A DNA stretch of 64,000 nt, taken from contig JALEXS010000031.1 of NCBI GenBank assembly GCA_022780025.1, positions 2,003-66,002 of the forward strand, read 5' to 3'. A program made the translations under genes and the position numbers. Positions 36,474 through 46,592 of this stretch are shown here, piece after piece (the stretch's first letter is position 1; every line of letters starts with the position of its first letter). Source of the DNA: Mollicutes bacterium. Its GTDB lineage: Bacteria; Bacillota_I; Bacilli_A; RFN20; CAG-826. The notes beneath the pieces were generated by a model, which saw nothing but the letters and a program-made list of their open reading frames with translations, was not told the DNA's origin and did no database searches.

Positions 36474-37304
36474 CTAATCTTTTAAAGCATCTTCATTTAA
36501 TTTAACATTAAAATCTTTAGCTAAATCAATAAAATTTTGTGTTGTAATGGTTTGTCTTTTCTTTAATCCACCATTCATAGAAATAACTTTTACTAATATT
36601 TCAGCAGATTTTTCAACAGTATCAGCTAATCCAAAAGTTATATCAAATGTTGGACCTGTAACAAATAAACCATGATGTGCCCATATAGCAACATTATATT
36701 TTTCCATTAATTTAGAAGTTGCAACAGCAATATCTTTTCCACCTGGAACCATCCAAGGTACAACACCAACTCCTTCAGGGAAAACAACTGGACATTCAGT
36801 AGCCATTTCCCAAAGTTCTCTTGTAAATATTTTATCTTCTAAAGGTAATACAAAAGTTAAAGCAATAATATTTGTTGCATGGCAATGATAAACAATTCTA
36901 AATTCACCATTTGTTCTTCTTTTTACAACTTCAAGATTCATTAAATGAGAAGGAAGTTCACTTGTAGGTCTACCACCTTCAATTAATCCCCAAACAATTT
37001 TAAATTTACTACCTGTTTCATCTAATTTTATAATACAAATGTTACTTTCTGGAAATTCTTTAACATTCATCATGAATCTACCGCTACCTGTAACTAAAAA
37101 ATATTCATTTTTTAAAGTAGGTACAGTAGTTCCAATATCTAACCAAGGTTTATCTTCATTTAAATTTTCTTTAATAGAAGCAATTTCTTCATCTTTTATT
37201 CTATAAGAAAGGTTACCACCATTTCTTTCATGCCATCCTTTTTTATAGCCATTATCACAAAGATTAATAAATTGTTTTACAAATAAAGCGTCTAATACTT
37301 TCAT
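36474..37304 (-). CDS. rhaD: Rhamnulose-1-phosphate aldolase
   Basis: Collinear with E. coli RhaD as I recall it: GWHERNGGNLSYR, VTGSGRF, PTSELPSHL, YHCHATNIIALT, VVFPEGVGVVPWMVPG, HGLFVTGPT, TVEKSAEILVKV. Confidence 0.93.
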   Translation of the reverse strand: MKVLDALFVKQFINLCDNGYKKGWHERNGGNLSYRIKDEEIASIKENLNEDKPWLDIGTTVPTLKNEYFLVTGSGRFMMNVKEFPESNICIIKLDETGSKFKIVWGLIEGGRPTSELPSHLMNLEVVKRRTNGEFRIVYHCHATNIIALTFVLPLEDKIFTRELWEMATECPVVFPEGVGVVPWMVPGGKDIAVATSKLMEKYNVAIWAHHGLFVTGPTFDITFGLADTVEKSAEILVKVISMNGGLKKRQTITTQNFIDLAKDFNVKLNEDALKD

Positions 37305-37306
37305 AA

Positions 37307-38560
37307 TTATCCTCTTTTACTTAAAACTTTGTTTTCATAATCTTTAATTTCAGAAAGATATTCACTTCCAACAGGAATATTATTAATAAAACAATAATAA
37401 TCATAAACAACACCAAATGGCATAGATTTCATTTCTTCAGTAAGAACCATTCTATCAGTATATTTCATATCTTTTTCTAATTCATTAATAGTATCAACTG
37501 GTTCAAGCATTGCTTTTAATAAAGCTTTTTGTGTTGATCTAATACCAACTACCCAAGCTGCAATTCTATTAATAGAAGCATCAAAATAATCTAAACCAAT
37601 TGAAGTTTTTTCAATTAAATTACTTCTTACTAAACTTCTAGCAATTTCATTTAATTCATCATCAAATATAACAACATGATCACTATCCCATCTTACTGGT
37701 CTAGAAACATGAAGTAATAAATGTGGAACATATAATAAAACACTACTTATCTTATCACTTATATATTCAGTTGGATGGAAGTGCCCAGAATCAAGAGTTA
37801 AAGCTGTCTGGTTTTTAGTAGCATAACCTAAATAGAATTCATTGCTACCTACTGTATAAGATTCAAGACCAATTCCAAAAACTTTAGATTCTACGCTATC
37901 AATATTATATTTAGGATCAATCTTTTCTTCTAAAATTTTATCTAAACTATCTTCTAATCTCTTTCTTGGAGATAATCTATCATATGGTATATCTTTCATT
38001 CCATCTGGAATCCAAATATTGGTAACACAAGGAATTCCTAATTCTTTACCAAAATATTCACCAATTTTTCTACTTCTTTTGCAATGTTCAATCCAGAAGT
38101 TTCTTACTTTATCATCCGCACTTGATAAAGTAAATCCACTACTTGCCATTGGATGAGAAAAACATGTAGGGTTAAAATCTAATCCTATATTATGTTCTTT
38201 AGCAAATTCTACCCATTTAGCAAAATGCTTAGGTTCTATTTGATCTAAATCTATTTTTTCATCAGTATCTGCATAAATTGCATGAAGATTTAAATTAAAT
38301 TTACCTGGTACTAATTTTAAAACTTCAGTTATATCTTCTTTAAGTTCTTTTACATTACGAGCTCTACCTGGGTAATTACCAGTAGTTTGAATTCCACCAC
38401 TTAAATCGCTATTAAATAAAAAGCCGCGAACATCATCACCTTGCCAACAATGCATAGAAATTCTAACATTTGCTAATCTTTCTAATGCTTTATCAGTGTC
38501 AACACCAATTTTAGCGTATTCTTTTTTAGCTAATTCATATTCTTTTCTTAAATCTCTCAT
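37307..38560 (-). CDS. rhaA: L-rhamnose isomerase
   Basis: Collinear with E. coli RhaA as I recall it: MHCWQGDDV, GGIQTTGNYPG, NLHAIY, NIWIPDGMKD, GSNEFYLGYA, LDSGHFHPTE, LLHVSRPVRWDSDHVV, FDASINRIAAWV. Confidence 0.95.
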   Translation of the reverse strand: MRDLRKEYELAKKEYAKIGVDTDKALERLANVRISMHCWQGDDVRGFLFNSDLSGGIQTTGNYPGRARNVKELKEDITEVLKLVPGKFNLNLHAIYADTDEKIDLDQIEPKHFAKWVEFAKEHNIGLDFNPTCFSHPMASSGFTLSSADDKVRNFWIEHCKRSRKIGEYFGKELGIPCVTNIWIPDGMKDIPYDRLSPRKRLEDSLDKILEEKIDPKYNIDSVESKVFGIGLESYTVGSNEFYLGYATKNQTALTLDSGHFHPTEYISDKISSVLLYVPHLLLHVSRPVRWDSDHVVIFDDELNEIARSLVRSNLIEKTSIGLDYFDASINRIAAWVVGIRSTQKALLKAMLEPVDTINELEKDMKYTDRMVLTEEMKSMPFGVVYDYYCFINNIPVGSEYLSEIKDYENKVLSKRG

Positions 38561-38736
38561 AAAATATATGCTCCTTATATAAAGTCATTTTTATTATAAT
38601 TTTATATACTTTCTAATGCTAGAGTTTGACTGAATTTTGAAAATTAATCATGAATTTAATCAAAATAAGCAAACTTGAGCAAAATTTGTTTGAAAAAATA
38701 CATATATATAATTAAATTATATATAGAGGATGAAAT

Positions 38737-39498
38737 ATGTATAACTTAGAAAGAGAAGATAAAATCATTAATATATTAAAAAAACAAAATTCGATATCAG
38801 TTTTAGAATTATCTCAATTATTATTTGTATCTACTTCTACAATTAGAAGAGACTTAACAAATATGGAGAAAAAAGGTTTAGTTACTCGTACTTTTGGTGG
38901 TGTTTATCTTACTAAGAATACATTTAATAAAGAAACTCCTTTTAAATATAGAGAAGAAAGCAATGTTATAGAAAAAAGGAAACTATGTCAAAAAGTTTTA
39001 CCTTTTATTAAAGATAATATGTCTTTATTTTTAGATAGTTCTACTACTGTTTTACAACTTGTTAATTATTTAAATAATTTTAAAAATTTAACTATTATTA
39101 CTAATGGTTTTGAAATCACTAATGAAATTTTAAATAATACTAAACATGAAGTTATTCTTACTGGCGGAATTATTCAATCTAATTCTAATAGTTTATTAGG
39201 AACCATCACTAATACTACTTTAAATAATCTTCATGCTGATTTAGCAATTATGAGTGCTACAGGAATCGATCTTCATTTTGGAATTAGTGAATCAACTCTA
39301 GATCAATCTGAAGCTAAAAAGATAATGAATAAAAATTCTGATATGTGTATTTATTTATTAGACAATACAAAATTTAATAAGAAAGGTATAAACAAGACAT
39401 TAGACATTAAAGAAGTTGACATTATTATTACTAATAAATTACCAGAAAACGACTTTTTAAAATATTTTAAACAAAATAATATAAACATAATTTATTAA
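38737..39498 (+). CDS. DeoR/GlpR-family transcriptional regulator
   Basis: An N-terminal wHTH (REDKIINILKKQNSISVLELSQLLFVSTSTIRRDLTNMEKKGLVTRTFGG) plus a DeoR-C sugar-phosphate sensor domain. Divergent from rhaA. Confidence 0.85.
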   Translation: MYNLEREDKIINILKKQNSISVLELSQLLFVSTSTIRRDLTNMEKKGLVTRTFGGVYLTKNTFNKETPFKYREESNVIEKRKLCQKVLPFIKDNMSLFLDSSTTVLQLVNYLNNFKNLTIITNGFEITNEILNNTKHEVILTGGIIQSNSNSLLGTITNTTLNNLHADLAIMSATGIDLHFGISESTLDQSEAKKIMNKNSDMCIYLLDNTKFNKKGINKTLDIKEVDIIITNKLPENDFLKYFKQNNINIIY

Positions 39499-39502
39499 AA
39501 AT

Positions 39503-39546
39503 AGTGCGTTTTTGCAGGCTTTTTTGTAAAAAACATGCACTTTTTA
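39503..39546 (+). terminator. Putative rho-independent terminator of the DeoR gene
   Basis: agtgcgttttt...aaaaacatgcact forms an about 11-bp stem with a 2-nt bulge and is followed by TTTTT. It starts 5 nt after the stop codon. Confidence 0.45.
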
Positions 39547-39654
39547 TAAAAAAATAATATTTAGTTTCTTCTATGATTTTAAAATAAAAACAGGTGTAAC
39601 AGTAGGTGTTTTTAATCTTAAAGTTCTGAGTTTTGATGGTATTATTTAGTCTAT

Positions 39655-39685
39655 AAAAAAAGTATTTCTATTATTTAAGAAATAC
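39655..39685 (-). terminator. Putative rho-independent terminator ending the mannoside operon
   Basis: Read on the minus strand: GTATTTCT-loop(8)-AGAAATAC followed by T7. It lies 34 nt downstream of the ATPase stop (39719). Confidence 0.55.
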
Positions 39686-39718
39686 CATTCATTATATATA
39701 AATAAATTTATATATTTT

Positions 39719-41128
39719 TTATTTAATTACATTTGTTGTTTCAATATCAAAGACGTGAGCTTTTTCAAGTTTTAAAGAAACATAAAATTCTTTTTGATTT
39801 TTTGAATCTATTTCTTTATTAGTTTTTAAGTTTAATGCTTGATTATTAATAGTTCCATAGATAATAGTTTCAGTTCCTAATAATTCACTAATTTCTGATT
39901 TTATAGTTAAAACATTTTTACCTTTATTATCATCAACTAATAAAACATCTTCTGGTCTAATACCTAAAACTATATCTTTATTAATATAATCTTTTAATCT
40001 ATCTTTTAAAGTAGGTGTTAACTCAATAAATGTATCAGTTTCTGTAGCTAATTCTTTAGCATTATCATCGTCACATTCTTCGATTTTATAAATCATAAAA
40101 CGCTCACCATCGAATTTTCCTTTAATAAAATTCATGGCAGGAGCTCCAATAAATCCAGCAACAAAAATATTAATTGGATTGTTATATAATTCTTTTGGCG
40201 TACCAATTTGTTGAATATATCCATCTTTCATTACCACCATTCTATCAGCCATTGTCATAGCTTCTGTTTGATCATGAGTAACATAAATTGTTGTAGCTCC
40301 TACTGTTTTATGAATTTTAGTTATTTCACTTCTCATTTGTACACGAAGCTTAGCATCTAAGTTACTTAAAGGTTCATCCATTAAAAATACTTTCGGATTT
40401 CTAACAATTGCTCTACCTAGGGCAACACGTTGTCTTTGACCACCACTTAAAGCAGCAGGTTTTCTTTTTAAATATGGTTTAAGTCCTAATATTTCAGCAG
40501 CATATTGAACCTTCTCATCAATCTGTTCTTTAGGCATTCTTACCATTTTAAATTTGTATGTTGAAGGAGTCTTTTGTAGCTCTAAAATCTTCTCTTCATT
40601 TTTCTTAATTTCTTCGTTATTTTTTGAAATACCCTCTAAAAGTTCATCCTTTTTTAAGTTTTTCTCTTTTCCTTTTTCAATATTTCTAATATTTTTTAAA
40701 GCAATTTTATTCTTCTTTTTTAATAAACTATTATCATATTTAAGTGAAGCTATTAAGTTCTTATCAACAACTAAAATATGATTATTATTTTCATCTAATA
40801 TTTCAACAGGAAACTTACGCATCTTTAATCCAAAAGCTAAATTTTCATAAACACTCATATGAGGATATAAAGCATAATTTTGGAAAACCATTGCCATATT
40901 ACGATCAACAGGAGCAATATCATTAACTAAAACGTTATCTAAATAAATTTCACCACTTGTTATACTTTCAAGTCCTGCAACCATTCTTAAAGTAGTAGAT
41001 TTACCACATCCACTAGGTCCAACAAAAACAATAAATTCTTTATCATTAACTTCTAAATTAAAATCAAAGACTGCTTGAACATTGTTGTCATATATTTTAT
41101 TAACATTTTTAAATACTAAATTACTCAT
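39719..41128 (-). CDS. MsmX/MalK/UgpC-type sugar ABC transporter ATPase with an about 90-aa helical insertion
   Basis: Has Walker [37 protein letters not shown] and VTHDQ. A K/N/E-rich insert follows FGLKMRKFP (about 40535-40810), the same site as in 34746..36464. Confidence 0.9.
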   Translation of the reverse strand: MSNLVFKNVNKIYDNNVQAVFDFNLEVNDKEFIVFVGPSGCGKSTTLRMVAGLESITSGEIYLDNVLVNDIAPVDRNMAMVFQNYALYPHMSVYENLAFGLKMRKFPVEILDENNNHILVVDKNLIASLKYDNSLLKKKNKIALKNIRNIEKGKEKNLKKDELLEGISKNNEEIKKNEEKILELQKTPSTYKFKMVRMPKEQIDEKVQYAAEILGLKPYLKRKPAALSGGQRQRVALGRAIVRNPKVFLMDEPLSNLDAKLRVQMRSEITKIHKTVGATTIYVTHDQTEAMTMADRMVVMKDGYIQQIGTPKELYNNPINIFVAGFIGAPAMNFIKGKFDGERFMIYKIEECDDDNAKELATETDTFIELTPTLKDRLKDYINKDIVLGIRPEDVLLVDDNKGKNVLTIKSEISELLGTETIIYGTINNQALNLKTNKEIDSKNQKEFYVSLKLEKAHVFDIETTNVIK

Positions 41129-41130
41129 AA

Positions 41131-42078
41131 TTAACCCTTATTTGCTTTTGTAATAATTATTTTTCCAAATCCTTTGAGTATTACTTTTTTAGCTTTAGAA
41201 GTAATAATAAAAGACTCACCATACTTAACTTCATAATTATCATTAATAATTAATTTATCCATTAATGAAGTAACTATTTCAAATTCATTATCATTATTAA
41301 ATTCATATTCACCATTAATATCTAAATAAATAGAATTAAAATATTTATTATTCGCTACTAAATTAGAATCACTACTATTTATATTAATAACTTTTTCTTT
41401 ATAATTACCAACACTAACTACATCTAAAGCTTTATTAATATGTAATTCTCTAGGTAATCCATCTAAACCAAGTCTATTATAATCATAGAATCTATAAGTA
41501 ATATCACTAGATTGTTGAATTTCTAATAAGATAATACCTTTACCAATACCGTGTATAGTTCCAGGATTAACTACATAAACATCACCAACATTAACATCTA
41601 CTTCATTAATTAAATCTTCAAAATGATTATTATTAATATATTCCTTAATTTCTTCTTTATTTTTAGCTTTATTACCTAATATTAATTTAGCACCTTCTTC
41701 TTTTCTTAATATTAACCAGCATTCAAATTTACCTAGTGAATTCTCATTTTTTAAAGCATATTCATCATCTGGATGAACTTGAATTGATAATTTATCATTA
41801 GTAGCTATTAATTTAATAAGAATAGGAAATTTATCACCACTTAAATTAGCAAATAATTCTTTATTATTTTTAAATACTTCATCTAAAGTTTTTCCTTTAT
41901 ATAAACCATTTAAAATAATAGAAGAAAATGAACTATAGCCAGAACAAGACCACATCTCACCGATAGAATCATTATCAGTTATTTTTAATTCATTTTTAAA
42001 ATAATTACTACCCCAAATAGTTTCCTTTAAAGGTCCACTTAATAATAAAATTTCTTGATCATTTACTAATTTTTCCAT
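41131..42078 (-). CDS. manA: Mannose-6-phosphate isomerase, class I (Firmicute 315-aa type)
   Basis: ETIWGS, GEMWSCSG, FPILIKLIATNDKLSIQVHPDDEYA, GKFECWLIL, GTIHGIGKGIILLEIQQSSDITYRFYDYNR. Collinear with B. subtilis ManA as I recall it. Confidence 0.9.
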   Translation of the reverse strand: MEKLVNDQEILLLSGPLKETIWGSNYFKNELKITDNDSIGEMWSCSGYSSFSSIILNGLYKGKTLDEVFKNNKELFANLSGDKFPILIKLIATNDKLSIQVHPDDEYALKNENSLGKFECWLILRKEEGAKLILGNKAKNKEEIKEYINNNHFEDLINEVDVNVGDVYVVNPGTIHGIGKGIILLEIQQSSDITYRFYDYNRLGLDGLPRELHINKALDVVSVGNYKEKVININSSDSNLVANNKYFNSIYLDINGEYEFNNDNEFEIVTSLMDKLIINDNYEVKYGESFIITSKAKKVILKGFGKIIITKANKG

Positions 42079-42081
42079 AAT

Positions 42082-43704
42082 TTACACCAATATTTTGTCG
42101 GTATGTTCGACATTTTCACTTATTAATCTTATAAACTCATCAGCAGTTACAATTTCAACATGTTCATCTAATTGCTCAACAAGTTTTATAACATCATTAT
42201 ATTCCATTGACCAAGGATGTAAATTAATTGCTGTATAAGCTTCAATGGAATGTATATCTGTTGAATAAGAATTAATTCTTTTGGCAATTACGCTAGTATC
42301 TGCATTCCATAAAGTTTCTCTAATAGATACAAATGGTTTATCATTACCCCAATAAATACTACCATGACCACCAGCATAACGATCACCATAACAATAGATA
42401 CCGCCTTTTAAAGCATCAATTTTGCCATACTGTTCACAAATTTCTTTACTTGGTCCACTATCTAATATTTGAACAACAGATAAATCTGTTTGTTTCAAAT
42501 ATGAATCTAAACGTTTAGTAAAAGATTTTAAAGCATCTTCTGGAAATACTCTTGGATTTAAATAACCTTGACCAGATACACTACAAACATAGAAATCATT
42601 AACATCTCGATGATCATATACATAATTTAATATATTACGACCTAGATCAATTAAAGAAGGTTGAATACTCCAACCCATCTTGAAATTTCCTCTAGTAGCT
42701 GCTAAATATTTCTTATTAAAAGGAAAAGTATTATACCAAGTTTGAACATTATCTCCATCACTCATCATGATAGTAACATAATGTTTTCCATCTTCAGCTT
42801 TAATATTTTTATCATCCTTTATAACATTTTTAAATCTAGTCTCACCAAAAAAGCTTTTAGAAGCAAAAACAGACATATTTCTAGCCCAATCACTAGGAAT
42901 AGTAAATTGACCATTCATTGAAGAAATATTAACATCGGTTGGCTCATCATTAGGAACCCAACCAAATATAGGACAATCTTTTTTAGCCCAATCATGGACA
43001 TTTTTTCTAAAAGTTACAATGTCTGGATCACTCATATCTTTTGGATAAAAGAAGAAATATTTTCCAGCAATACCATAATCTGTTAAAAATTCTTGAGTAG
43101 AAGTAGGATCTTGTTGAAATAAAGCAGTATTATTAAATTCATCTTTATAAATTTTAAAACAACTTCTTTCACTCATTGTTCTAGCATCAAGTCCTAATTC
43201 AAAACCAAGTGCTTTAACATATTGTTCATATTCTATATCGACAGGTAAATAATCTTTAATTCCTGCAATACTTCTAGCAACATTTAAATTACCATATTGT
43301 TTAATATCATAAAGAACATATTTATTAGAAAATTTAGATTTAAAATTAGTTAACATTTCATCTAATGTCGTATCAACAAATGTAACACCATAATTATCTT
43401 TTAAATCATTAAGCCAAACATCATTAGTTTCAAATTGATAATAATATTCTCCACCAATTCTTGAAAAAAATCCTTGAATTGCAGTAGCCATTACTAATTG
43501 ATTTTTATTTAAACCAACTGAATCATCTTTAGTAAAATTTCTAAAAACTTTTAATACCTTATTTTCGTTGATTTTAGGTTCAAAATAATAACTAAAAGGT
43601 GTCTTATCATCATCAATAATCTTATTATTTTGACAAGATATAGTTAAAAAACTAAATAATGAGCTTAATATTAATAAACATTTATTTTTATAATTCATTT
43701 TCAT
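42082..43704 (-). CDS. Lipoprotein, GxGYxYP-like putative glycoside hydrolase family (paralogue A)
   Basis: Lipobox TIS|C. Shares three blocks with the paralogues at 43701..46580 and 54301..55794: MMSDGDNVQTW, VSGQGYLNP (42553-42573) and NLHPWSMEYNDVIKLVEQLDEHVEIVTADEFIRLI. Confidence 0.55.
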   Translation of the reverse strand: MKMNYKNKCLLILSSLFSFLTISCQNNKIIDDDKTPFSYYFEPKINENKVLKVFRNFTKDDSVGLNKNQLVMATAIQGFFSRIGGEYYYQFETNDVWLNDLKDNYGVTFVDTTLDEMLTNFKSKFSNKYVLYDIKQYGNLNVARSIAGIKDYLPVDIEYEQYVKALGFELGLDARTMSERSCFKIYKDEFNNTALFQQDPTSTQEFLTDYGIAGKYFFFYPKDMSDPDIVTFRKNVHDWAKKDCPIFGWVPNDEPTDVNISSMNGQFTIPSDWARNMSVFASKSFFGETRFKNVIKDDKNIKAEDGKHYVTIMMSDGDNVQTWYNTFPFNKKYLAATRGNFKMGWSIQPSLIDLGRNILNYVYDHRDVNDFYVCSVSGQGYLNPRVFPEDALKSFTKRLDSYLKQTDLSVVQILDSGPSKEICEQYGKIDALKGGIYCYGDRYAGGHGSIYWGNDKPFVSIRETLWNADTSVIAKRINSYSTDIHSIEAYTAINLHPWSMEYNDVIKLVEQLDEHVEIVTADEFIRLISENVEHTDKILV

Positions 43705-46580
43705 TTACCAATTGTTGTAAAGTTACTTAATTTACAAGCTTCACCAACACCATTATTTCTTCCACCATCTCTAGCTTCAAATATAATAGTTACTTCTTTA
43801 TTACTCCAATTAACTTCACTATCTAAAGTATTAAGATTAATATTTTGTTTAATATTATTTAAACTTTCTCTAGCAACATTCCAATCAAATAAAACGTAAT
43901 ATCTACCATCAGCATATAAAGAAATTTTCATTTTAGCTCCGGTATCATTATCACTTGTTGCTACCCAAGATAAATTAATATCACTAGATTCAGGTAAAAC
44001 ATAATTTTTAGCCATCCAAATATTAGTATTACCATTACGTTTTTCATCGCCACCACCATCAGAACAATCAATTTGTAATGAATTAGTAGGTTTTAAACTT
44101 TCTCTATCAATAACATCCCACCAATAATATTGAGATGTCTTATATTGTTCACCAAGCATCCAATCTTCAGTACTATTAGTAAATGTATTGTTATAAGGAT
44201 TAACTGTACTTAAATCAATTTTAGGATCAACAGTTCTAGCTTTAAAGCTAACTTGATCAAGCCTAATACCAGCATCACTATCAGCTAAAACTTCAATAGA
44301 TAATTCACACTTTTTACCCTTATAATCTTTAAAATATTGACTTAAAGGTATTGCAAAACATTGCCAACCATCACCATAAACGATTTGAGATTCAGTACCT
44401 CTAACACCTTTAAGAGTAGCTTTATTAATAATAACTTTACTTTCTTCTCCTACTTTTAAAGTAGCTTTAAAAGAACTAGATTGAACTTCAGTTAAACTAT
44501 CACAACGAGCATTAAATGATAACCAATAATTATCAATTTCAGGTAAAGTAAATGACTTTTTAGTAGCTACACTACCTTTATTAATAGATATATTACCTTT
44601 ATAAATAGCACCAACATTACTACATGCCTTATCAGTTGAATTATAAGTAATACTACTACCTTCCCAGTCCTCTTGCCATAATAAGAAATCATTATATAAA
44701 GGATCAACAGGGATTAAACTAGGATTTTGTCTTAAATAATCTTCATTAATACTAACACCATTCTTTTCAGGTATTTTAAAACTAGTAGTATTTGATTTAT
44801 CAACTATATTATCAGTCATCATCTTAATAATACGATCAACACTACATACTTCAATATCATCATTAAGCATATTAACAATAGTTCTAATATCATCATAAGA
44901 ATGAGACCAAGGATGAACGTTTATAATAGAATAACCATTAATTGAAGTAATATCTTTTTCATAAGTATTTAATCTAGCAGCAATATAAGCAGGGGTAGTT
45001 TCCCATAAAGAATCTCTAGGACCAACAAAAGGTTTACCATCAATCCAAATTACGCCACCTTGTACACTACCAAAATATTTACTACCATCATAAACGATTC
45101 CACCCTCGACTTGTTTACTAGAAGCATAGCCTTTTAAAACATTAACTAAATCATTTTGAGAATTTCCACCAATAACAGTAACATTTCTTAAATCAGCTTT
45201 CTTCATATAAATATCTAATTTTTCAGTGAAATCTTTAAAATATTCACCATTATTTTGACTAGCAAAATTACCAGCATTTATATAGCCTTGTCCTGATACA
45301 GGAGCACAGAAATAATCATATCCATTACTCATAGAATTATAAACTTCATCTAAAACATCAGGTGCTAAATCAGCTAAAGCAGGTGTAATAGACCAAGTAA
45401 CTGGGAAATTATCTTTATCTCTACCAGCTGCATTCATATAATTAGTTGCAAATCCAGCAGTATTTTGCCAATAAGTAGCATTATCACCATCACTAACTAC
45501 AAAAGCTACATAATGTTTCCCTTGTTCTGCTTTTTTATCATAATCTTTATTAGGTTGACTAAATTTATCATGTTTAAATAAATCAGCAGCATGGAAAGTT
45601 AAATTACAAGTATAATCAGTAGGTACTAAAAATTGTCCATATTGAGAAAAGAAAGCAACATCTCTATCTTCACTATATGCATAACCAAAAATAGGACTAT
45701 TTGCATCTAAAAATGAATGTAAATTCTTCTTAAATGAATTAGAAACACTACTAACATCATCATAATAAACATGGAAATATTTATTACAAATACCATAATC
45801 TTTAATAAATTTATTAGTTTTACCAGTATTATCATTATAATTTTGATGAATTAATCCTGAAGTTGATAATTCAGGCATAACAATATTAAATAACCATCTA
45901 TAAGTTAAAGCAGCATTATCTAAATTAAATTTTTCAGTTAAACCTAATTCTTGATAAAAACTTACATCATCTTTACTAACAGGTAAAAATCCTGTAATAG
46001 CAGCTAAAGTAGCTGCAGTATTAACAGAAACATCTCCAGGTCTATAAACAATATATCCAGGAGTAGCAAATCCATCTTTATTTTTCTCGGTATAAGCATT
46101 AACACCAACTAAATTATTATAACTATCTAAAGAAATTTGACTTCCCCAAGTATTATTTTTAACATAATCACTCCAAGAAGCAACATAATCTAAAACTGCT
46201 TCTTTTAAAGTAGTACTTTCATATTTAAAGCCATATTTATCACTAGCTTTCTTTATATAATATTGATCAGTATTTACACCATTAGTAACATAATTTGAAT
46301 CAACATAATATTTAACTTCTTTTCTAGCAAAAAGACCTTCAATAGCTTGAGCAGTATATAAACGATCACCATCATTAGTTACATCACTTATTACTTTGAC
46401 TGTACTATCTTTACTTAATTTAGTGTTCTTATAATAAGAAAAAGATTCAGTTGGAGTTGGTGTAGGAGGATTATCATCAGGTCCAGGTTTAACTGGTCCA
46501 TCTTTTTTACCACAACCAATTAATGGAATAGCCATTAAAAAAGATAATAAATAAACAAATTTCTTCGACTTTTTTTGCAT
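43701..46580 (-). CDS. Lipoprotein, GxGYxYP-like putative glycoside hydrolase (paralogue B) with an about 350-aa C-terminal beta-sandwich/CBM-like extension
   Basis: Lipobox LIG|C followed by a Pro-rich linker (GPVKPGPDDNPPTPTPTES). Carries VVSDGDNATYW, VSGQGYINA (45273-45293) and NVHPWSHSYDDIRTIVNMLNDDIEVCSVDRIIKMM. The C-terminal 350 aa hold two CBM-like modules. Confidence 0.55.
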   Translation of the reverse strand: MQKKSKKFVYLLSFLMAIPLIGCGKKDGPVKPGPDDNPPTPTPTESFSYYKNTKLSKDSTVKVISDVTNDGDRLYTAQAIEGLFARKEVKYYVDSNYVTNGVNTDQYYIKKASDKYGFKYESTTLKEAVLDYVASWSDYVKNNTWGSQISLDSYNNLVGVNAYTEKNKDGFATPGYIVYRPGDVSVNTAATLAAITGFLPVSKDDVSFYQELGLTEKFNLDNAALTYRWLFNIVMPELSTSGLIHQNYNDNTGKTNKFIKDYGICNKYFHVYYDDVSSVSNSFKKNLHSFLDANSPIFGYAYSEDRDVAFFSQYGQFLVPTDYTCNLTFHAADLFKHDKFSQPNKDYDKKAEQGKHYVAFVVSDGDNATYWQNTAGFATNYMNAAGRDKDNFPVTWSITPALADLAPDVLDEVYNSMSNGYDYFCAPVSGQGYINAGNFASQNNGEYFKDFTEKLDIYMKKADLRNVTVIGGNSQNDLVNVLKGYASSKQVEGGIVYDGSKYFGSVQGGVIWIDGKPFVGPRDSLWETTPAYIAARLNTYEKDITSINGYSIINVHPWSHSYDDIRTIVNMLNDDIEVCSVDRIIKMMTDNIVDKSNTTSFKIPEKNGVSINEDYLRQNPSLIPVDPLYNDFLLWQEDWEGSSITYNSTDKACSNVGAIYKGNISINKGSVATKKSFTLPEIDNYWLSFNARCDSLTEVQSSSFKATLKVGEESKVIINKATLKGVRGTESQIVYGDGWQCFAIPLSQYFKDYKGKKCELSIEVLADSDAGIRLDQVSFKARTVDPKIDLSTVNPYNNTFTNSTEDWMLGEQYKTSQYYWWDVIDRESLKPTNSLQIDCSDGGGDEKRNGNTNIWMAKNYVLPESSDINLSWVATSDNDTGAKMKISLYADGRYYVLFDWNVARESLNNIKQNINLNTLDSEVNWSNKEVTIIFEARDGGRNNGVGEACKLSNFTTIGK

Positions 46581-46592
46581 AATTTTTACTCC

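Noticed and set aside
38561-38736. Possible DeoR operator repeats (tgaatttt/tgaattta) in the rhaA-deoR divergent region
   Set aside because: These are short AT-only repeats indistinguishable from background composition. No palindrome or spaced direct-repeat pattern is convincing.
39586-39612. Direct repeat AGGTGT-N6-AGGTGT in the 220-bp spacer after the DeoR gene. I considered a small RNA, riboswitch or regulator site.
   Set aside because: No conserved riboswitch core is recognisable and no ORF follows. The spacer is adequately explained by two convergent terminators (39503-39546 on +, 39655-39685 on -).
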